64,000 bases of DNA from Alloascoidea hylecoeti. Its lineage: Eukaryota. Made by a program: the position numbers and the translations under genes. The notes beneath the pieces are model-generated. The model did not search any database. It saw only the letters and a list, made by a program, of their open reading frames with translations, and was not told the DNA's origin. The stretch covers positions 496,001 through 560,000 of the forward strand of contig BCKZ01000014.1 of the NCBI GenBank assembly GCA_001600815.1, in the 5' to 3' direction. This document shows positions 58,163-64,000 of the stretch, one piece after another; positions within the stretch are counted from its first letter, which is position 1; every line of letters begins with the position of its first letter.

Positions 58163-58268
58163 ACTTTCAATATAAATATGTATGAGTATTAATATTAATC
58201 TAGATATTTATGTAAGCTTTAATTTATATTAATTTACTTCTAAGTTATAGCCAATATCATGCATTTAA

Positions 58269-60551
58269 TTATTTCTCTTGATTTCCTCCATATCTGAGTT
58301 TAAATTCCTCAAGTTGTTTCTCAGTAATTATACTGAAAAGGTAACTTGGCTTACCAATACAATGCCCACCAACAATTGGTAAATCAAATGTATTTGGTAT
58401 ATTTCGTAAAGGAACATTTAATTGCTTAACAATCTGTTCTGAAGTTTCTGGCATAAATGGTGCTAAAACAGCAGATACCAAGTAGATAAGATTTAATCCT
58501 ATTGCTATAACAGCAGCTGCTCTCTCCGGTTCATTTGCATATAATGAATTATCTAGTTTATTTGATTGTAAGAAGACATTTCCTCTACTTGAAATAGCCA
58601 TTGCATGTTCTAAACCTTTTCTTATATGAACAGCTTCCATAGAAGTATTATATTCTTGTAATAATTTATTGACATCTGTTTCTAACTCTCTAAAGTTAGC
58701 ATTTGCTGGATTATATGCTGGAACAACACCATTGTATTTTGCATTAACAAATTTGACTAAACGATTGACGAAATTACCAACATTGGCTAATAATTCACCA
58801 TTGTTTCTGTTAACAAAATCTTGCCATGAAAATTGAGTATCTGAGGTTTCTGGTCTTGCCGTCGCAAGGTAATATCTCCAAACAGATGGAGGAATACCTG
58901 AATCCTTTGCACTATTTCCAAAAACACCGATTCCTCTTGATTTTGAGAATTTACCACCTTCATATTGAAGATATTCAGTGGTACTTATATGATGTAATTG
59001 TGTCCATTTTTCTCCTGTGCCGATTTGTGTGGCAGGGAATATAACAGTATGGAATGGTACATTATCTTTGCCCATGAATTGATATAATTGAACATTAGTG
59101 TCATCATCATTACGTTTCCACCATTTTTGCCAATCTTCAGTATAGTTTGCGGTAATACTAACATAACCAATACATGCATCAAACCAAACATACATAACTT
59201 TATCTTTGAAGTTTTCCAATGGTACAGGTGTTCCCCAAACTAAATCTCTGGTGATGCATCTCGATTTGAGACCTTCTTTCAACCATGAATCAGTAATTGA
59301 TTTCCCATTTCTAGACCATTTACCCTTTGCGTAAGATTCCTCAACCCATTCTTTAACTTTATCTTCTAGTTTATTTAAAGCAAAAAATACGTGGTTTGAA
59401 TCTCTTGGAATTGGAGTTGAACCATCTAACTTACATCTTGGTTTAACTAATTCAAATGGATTAAGTAAAGTACCACATCCATCACATTGATCACCTCTAG
59501 CATCTTCATAACTACATTTCGGACAGATACCTTCAACGTATCTATCAGCTAAAAATCCCTTATGTTGTTCACAGAATAATTGAGTAGTTGTTTTTTCTTC
59601 TAAATAATTATTTGCATTTAGTTTTAAAAACATATCTTGTGCAATTTCAGTTTGATAATCCGTTGTTGTTCTTCCAAAATAATCAAATCCAATTTGAAAC
59701 CATTTGTAAATATCTTCATGAATTGCATTATATTTGTCACATAATTGACGAGGAGTAACACCTTCTTCTAAAGCTTTTGTTTCAGTAGCAGTTCCATACT
59801 CATCAGTACCACAAACGTATAAAGTATTGTAATTTCTTGCTTTTGCATATCTAGCATAGAAATCAGCAGAAAGAACAGAACCAATAATATTACCTAAATG
59901 GGGTACATTATTAACATAAGGCAAAGCCGAAGTAATGAGAATATTTCGTTCTCCACTTTTTGGTACAATTTTACCATCAAATTGTTTTAATTGAAAATCA
60001 CCAACTAAATTACGAACTCCAGTATTTTCCTGTTTTGGTGGTTCTGGTAATAATGATTTTATTGATTTAAAAGCAGAAATTACTTCAGGTAATGAAGAAA
60101 ATGATTTATACCAATTAGCAAAATCTGGATAAGATTCTTTAATTTTCAATATCTGGGTGTTAAATAAAACATAAAAACTTGAAAATAATATAATTTGAGA
60201 AATTGAAGTTGCAGAAACCGAAATTGATTTGAAATAATCAGTAAAATGCTTTAAAACTGTCGGATCTGAATTTGATTTTAATAAACTATTATATAGTTCA
60301 ATTTCCTCTAAATAAATAGCTTTATCCTCTCCGGAGGTTAAATCTTTCTTTGAACTGAAAGCTAAATACTTCACTATAGCATTTGGTTCAATTAAATGAC
60401 CTACTTCTGTTGATAGTTCCAGAGTTGGAGAATCTGTTACAAGCTTGGTTGTGGGAAAGAAAACGGCAAGAGAAATTGCGAGCTTAATGTTATTTGATAA
60501 TGCTAATTTTGAGACACCTGGGTCAGCTGAAACAGAGAACTTTAACGACAT
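58269..60551 (-). CDS. MES1: Cytosolic methionyl-tRNA synthetase
   Basis: ITSALPYVNNVPHLGNIIG (HIGH-like), GTDEYGTATE, Zn knuckle CPKC..GDQCDGC, YVWFDA, MGKDNVPFH, KFSKS (KMSKS-like). Confidence 0.97.
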   Translation of the reverse strand: MSLKFSVSADPGVSKLALSNNIKLAISLAVFFPTTKLVTDSPTLELSTEVGHLIEPNAIVKYLAFSSKKDLTSGEDKAIYLEEIELYNSLLKSNSDPTVLKHFTDYFKSISVSATSISQIILFSSFYVLFNTQILKIKESYPDFANWYKSFSSLPEVISAFKSIKSLLPEPPKQENTGVRNLVGDFQLKQFDGKIVPKSGERNILITSALPYVNNVPHLGNIIGSVLSADFYARYAKARNYNTLYVCGTDEYGTATETKALEEGVTPRQLCDKYNAIHEDIYKWFQIGFDYFGRTTTDYQTEIAQDMFLKLNANNYLEEKTTTQLFCEQHKGFLADRYVEGICPKCSYEDARGDQCDGCGTLLNPFELVKPRCKLDGSTPIPRDSNHVFFALNKLEDKVKEWVEESYAKGKWSRNGKSITDSWLKEGLKSRCITRDLVWGTPVPLENFKDKVMYVWFDACIGYVSITANYTEDWQKWWKRNDDDTNVQLYQFMGKDNVPFHTVIFPATQIGTGEKWTQLHHISTTEYLQYEGGKFSKSRGIGVFGNSAKDSGIPPSVWRYYLATARPETSDTQFSWQDFVNRNNGELLANVGNFVNRLVKFVNAKYNGVVPAYNPANANFRELETDVNKLLQEYNTSMEAVHIRKGLEHAMAISSRGNVFLQSNKLDNSLYANEPERAAAVIAIGLNLIYLVSAVLAPFMPETSEQIVKQLNVPLRNIPNTFDLPIVGGHCIGKPSYLFSIITEKQLEEFKLRYGGNQEK

Positions 60552-60616
60552 TACTATCTTTTTTTATTACAGATATTTCTTTAAGAGTTTCGAAGGTTTA
60601 TCAATAAAAGTTTCGC

Positions 60617-60641
60617 TGAGTCACAAAAGATTACCACGTGA
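60617..60641 (-). promoter_or_regulatory. Gcn4 site (TGACTCA) and Cbf1 site (TCACGTG) in the MES1 promoter
   Basis: Plus-strand TGAGTCA 60617-60623 and CACGTGA 60635-60641, 65-90 bp upstream of the MES1 ATG. Confidence 0.6.
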
Positions 60642-61288
60642 TATGATATATTTGGGACTCAAGCCCGGACAAAAGTATACAAGACTTACGGGATATACCG
60701 TTTATATTCCATCGAAGTTACGAATAGCGAATAAGTACACCCGAGCATGCGGTGACTCCAGGAGATAGTCCAGCCATACTTTGTGGTGAATTGGGTACTT
60801 TGCGTGGTTTTGGATCCTCGTCTACCAAGTAGTGCGAGGATTCTATCGTATGCAGCCAATCAGAAATCGAATATGCATATTAATATTCTTCCACTAAATC
60901 GACCATTTCATCCTTAGTGAGCACTTAGTATAAAATGGATTTACTTTCAGTCAGTTTGGCTATGTTTTTCTACCACTGCGCTTCCCAAGACGTCTTCTAG
61001 ATTGAATGGTGATATAAGAACGCTGCGATATTTCCTCATGGCGTAATATGTGTACAATTGCATACATATACTGGGGGAGGACAAAAATTTTAGGAGAAAA
61101 CAGAACTGGAGGTATCACATGAAGATGTAGAGAGGTGTTTATTTGCAGAAGCAATTAAGCTATCGATTATAGAGTATAATTAAATACTATCATCATTAGG
61201 TTAAGAGCTGTTGTTAGTAATAAAAAGAAAATCTACTAAACTTATGTAACTAAACAATTTAAAATAGTTATATTTCTATTTACATAAC

Positions 61289-64000
61289 TTAATCTTCTTC
61301 TAATTGAACAAATGGTTTCAAAACATCATGAATTTTATGTAATCTCTCACTCATTTGTAATATATTTTTATCACTATATAAAACTTCTTTAGAAAGTTCA
61401 TAACCACAAGATTCTTTAATAAAATAAATTAATCTTTTAACAACTTTTGAATCTTCAACATTTTGTAATTGCCAGAATTCAAAAATATTTTTTGGTGGTT
61501 CATCTTTAGAAACATCAAAAGCATTTATAATAAATGGTAATAATTTATTTGAAGTTTCTTTTGGTGTTGATTTATCAATTTTAAATTTTGGTATAATTAT
61601 TTTAAATGTTTGTGATATTGCTAAAACTTTATGTTTCCCATTATGATGATATCTAAATTCATAAGTTCCTTCTTCCCATGGTAATACGCTTGAACTAAAA
61701 GTAACAGTTCCATTTTTTTCATTTAAAGGTGGCTTTGGTGGAATTATATCTTCATCATATGCATCTGGGTCAATAGGAACCCATTTCCCTTCTGATGAAA
61801 CAGTTGTTATTTCATTTGATTGATTATCAATAACTCGATAAACACCAATCCAATCTGTAGGTGAATGATTTGGATCTGCTTCCCAATTTAATTTAATTGG
61901 GTCACCAATGTTAAAATTTAAGGTTGGAGTTGAAGATATAGTTGAAATATTAAGCTTATATTTTGAAATATCCAGATCTTTATCTAATTTAGAATTACCA
62001 TTAATATTTGATATTGAAATTGTTAATCTTGTTGGATATTCTTTTAACAATTTAATTTTTGTTTGACTAACACCTACTGTTCCAACTGCTGCAGATAATT
62101 TTGGTTTATTTTCATTAATAAATTCCTCAACAGCATTAATAGTTTCATTAAATACTTTATCAACAGAACCTTGTAAATCTTTAACTTTTTTTGTAAATGG
62201 TTCTGAAAATGATAAAACTCTTTTAGTTTTTAATGATTTAATTGATTTAACAACTCCTGCTTCTAATCTAATTTGATCACCATAAATCTTTTTCATATGT
62301 GGTTGTTCAATAAATTGTAAGAAGAAAATTTGTCCAAATGTCCAAAGTAGCGCAATTATAAAGGTTTTAATACTATTACAAATTATAACACAACCCCAAA
62401 TTCCAGCGATACCGAACCAACGTTCAGGATCATTTAAATATCTATGAATACCAGAATATGATAATTTATTGTAATTATTATTGGTATTATTATGAAAGAA
62501 ATCACCATAAAACCATCCATAATCACCTAATGATTCAAAAATTGAATAACTTGTCCATATTTGTAAAGAAATCAAAAATAAACCAATTGTATAACTTAAT
62601 TTTAAATCTAATGAATGTAAATTTGAATGGTCATTTGGATTTATAATTTCACGAATTAATATAATAAAAAATGATGAATATGATAAAATAATTGTAAAAT
62701 TATATAAAATTTGCCATTGATTAAATGATTGTTTTTTTGTATAACCAAATTTTAAAAAATATTTTGTCCATAAAAATGAAGAACTTTGTTTTGATAAAAT
62801 ATAACCAAGACCAAAAAAATGCCATAATTTCCAAAATATTGCATTTAAAAATAATAATCTATTAAAAAAATTAGATTGTGGTAAAAATATCAATAATAGA
62901 GTTTGTATACAAACAATTAATGTTAAAATATCTGATTGTCTTAATAAATGAAAATTATAAAATATAACCATTGGTTTAATTAAATCTTTTTCTTCATCAA
63001 TATCTATTTCATTTTCATTTTCATTCACAATACTTGAACTTAATCTTCTAATTGGTTTTGGATTATAAATCTTTTCAATATGTGGATTTTCAACAATAAT
63101 CAAAAATAAAAATTGACAAATATGAGCCAAGACAGATATAATTAAAACTTTATAACTTGATGATATTAACGCAGCACCATAAAATCCAGCATAACCAATT
63201 GAATACATTGGATGAGGAGCCATTTCAAATACTCCATCAAATGTTAAATTTATATCTTGTAAGAAGAAAAAATCTCCCCAATACCAGGCATAATCTTGAA
63301 CAACTCTATGAGCATCCATCTTCACCCATAGATTGAATAAATTTAACAGAATTCCAATAGCTAACCGGAAAACAATTAAATATAATGGTTGATTAAATCC
63401 TTCAAAATTAAAACAACTGCAAACTACTAAAAAATAACATATAAAATCAGACATCAGTACCAAATCAACGAAATGTCGAAATAAAATCCAAGTATTGAAC
63501 TCAATTGGTACTTCATAAATATCATTTGAATTCATTTTAACTTTTAAATCATATTGAATGAAGTTTTGTAACCAATTTTTTGTCCCCTTTTCATTTTTTG
63601 AAAATAAATCATATTTAATTGCCCATTTAATTAAAGTTTTATGCTTTGATTGATTATCTAATAACCAACCAATACCGACATTATAAGCAATTCTCCAAAA
63701 TGCAAATAAAGAAATGAATATTGTTGAAGTATAAGAATTAAATTTCTTATCAGATCCATAATTAATTGTTAAAAATAATAAAATGTAACTTGATAGAATT
63801 AATATAATTAATTTATCAATTGGAGATTTTGAAATTTTAGGATTAAATAATGTTGCAATCATATCATGAGTTTTTGGAATGATAAAAGTTTCATTATTGT
63901 TTTGTGATCCAAGGATACCAATTGAAATATTAGCATGATTATCTTTAAGTTTAAGCTCATCATCAACAGTGATTTCTGTAGTGCTATTTATCGATCCTAC
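61289..64000 (-). CDS. CHO2: Phosphatidylethanolamine N-methyltransferase Cho2 (5' end lies beyond the window)
   Basis: Frame stays open to base 64000 (..FIIPKTHDMIATLF); EFNTWILFRHFVDLVLMSDF, KMDAHRVVQDYAWYWGDFF, APHPMYSIGY, VENPHIEKIY; duplicated PEMT halves. Confidence 0.96.
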   Translation of the reverse strand, partial: VGSINSTTEITVDDELKLKDNHANISIGILGSQNNNETFIIPKTHDMIATLFNPKISKSPIDKLIILILSSYILLFLTINYGSDKKFNSYTSTIFISLFAFWRIAYNVGIGWLLDNQSKHKTLIKWAIKYDLFSKNEKGTKNWLQNFIQYDLKVKMNSNDIYEVPIEFNTWILFRHFVDLVLMSDFICYFLVVCSCFNFEGFNQPLYLIVFRLAIGILLNLFNLWVKMDAHRVVQDYAWYWGDFFFLQDINLTFDGVFEMAPHPMYSIGYAGFYGAALISSSYKVLIISVLAHICQFLFLIIVENPHIEKIYNPKPIRRLSSSIVNENENEIDIDEEKDLIKPMVIFYNFHLLRQSDILTLIVCIQTLLLIFLPQSNFFNRLLFLNAIFWKLWHFFGLGYILSKQSSSFLWTKYFLKFGYTKKQSFNQWQILYNFTIILSYSSFFIILIREIINPNDHSNLHSLDLKLSYTIGLFLISLQIWTSYSIFESLGDYGWFYGDFFHNNTNNNYNKLSYSGIHRYLNDPERWFGIAGIWGCVIICNSIKTFIIALLWTFGQIFFLQFIEQPHMKKIYGDQIRLEAGVVKSIKSLKTKRVLSFSEPFTKKVKDLQGSVDKVFNETINAVEEFINENKPKLSAAVGTVGVSQTKIKLLKEYPTRLTISISNINGNSKLDKDLDISKYKLNISTISSTPTLNFNIGDPIKLNWEADPNHSPTDWIGVYRVIDNQSNEITTVSSEGKWVPIDPDAYDEDIIPPKPPLNEKNGTVTFSSSVLPWEEGTYEFRYHHNGKHKVLAISQTFKIIIPKFKIDKSTPKETSNKLLPFIINAFDVSKDEPPKNIFEFWQLQNVEDSKVVKRLIYFIKESCGYELSKEVLYSDKNILQMSERLHKIHDVLKPFVQLEED

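Overview
AT-rich eukaryotic sequence from an intron-containing ascomycete yeast, probably an early-diverging Saccharomycotina lineage (inference). CUG falls at conserved Leu positions in the Cyc8 TPRs, consistent with the standard code. About 20 protein-coding genes are present: PRM15/PGM3, FCP1, TAF8, an orphan helical protein, two near-identical inverted AIM2-type dienelactone hydrolases, an arrestin, NOT3/5, CYC8, MED1, COQ5, an orphan with a signal peptide, an unusual RhoGEF, PRP2, NUP120, an ARMT1/DUF89 phosphatase, TOA2, a large disordered acidic protein, an IBTK/Btb1 homologue, MES1 and a 5'-truncated CHO2. I reconstructed 15 short spliceosomal introns by hand. An accessory zone at about 28-38 kb holds a Tc1-type transposase relic, a Gag zinc-knuckle relic, an LTR-like element and a WD40 pseudogene fragment between ~200-bp direct repeats. 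The most unusual observations are a DH-DH-PH RhoGEF with no CNH domain, a sharp GC island inside CYC8 flanked by hyper-AT, repeat-expanded DNA, an interstitial (TAACCC)5 tract, the diverging inverted AIM2 pair, and a candidate multi-SIM/PP1-docking scaffold. No tRNA, rRNA or CRISPR feature was recognised. All family calls come from motif recognition, not database searches.
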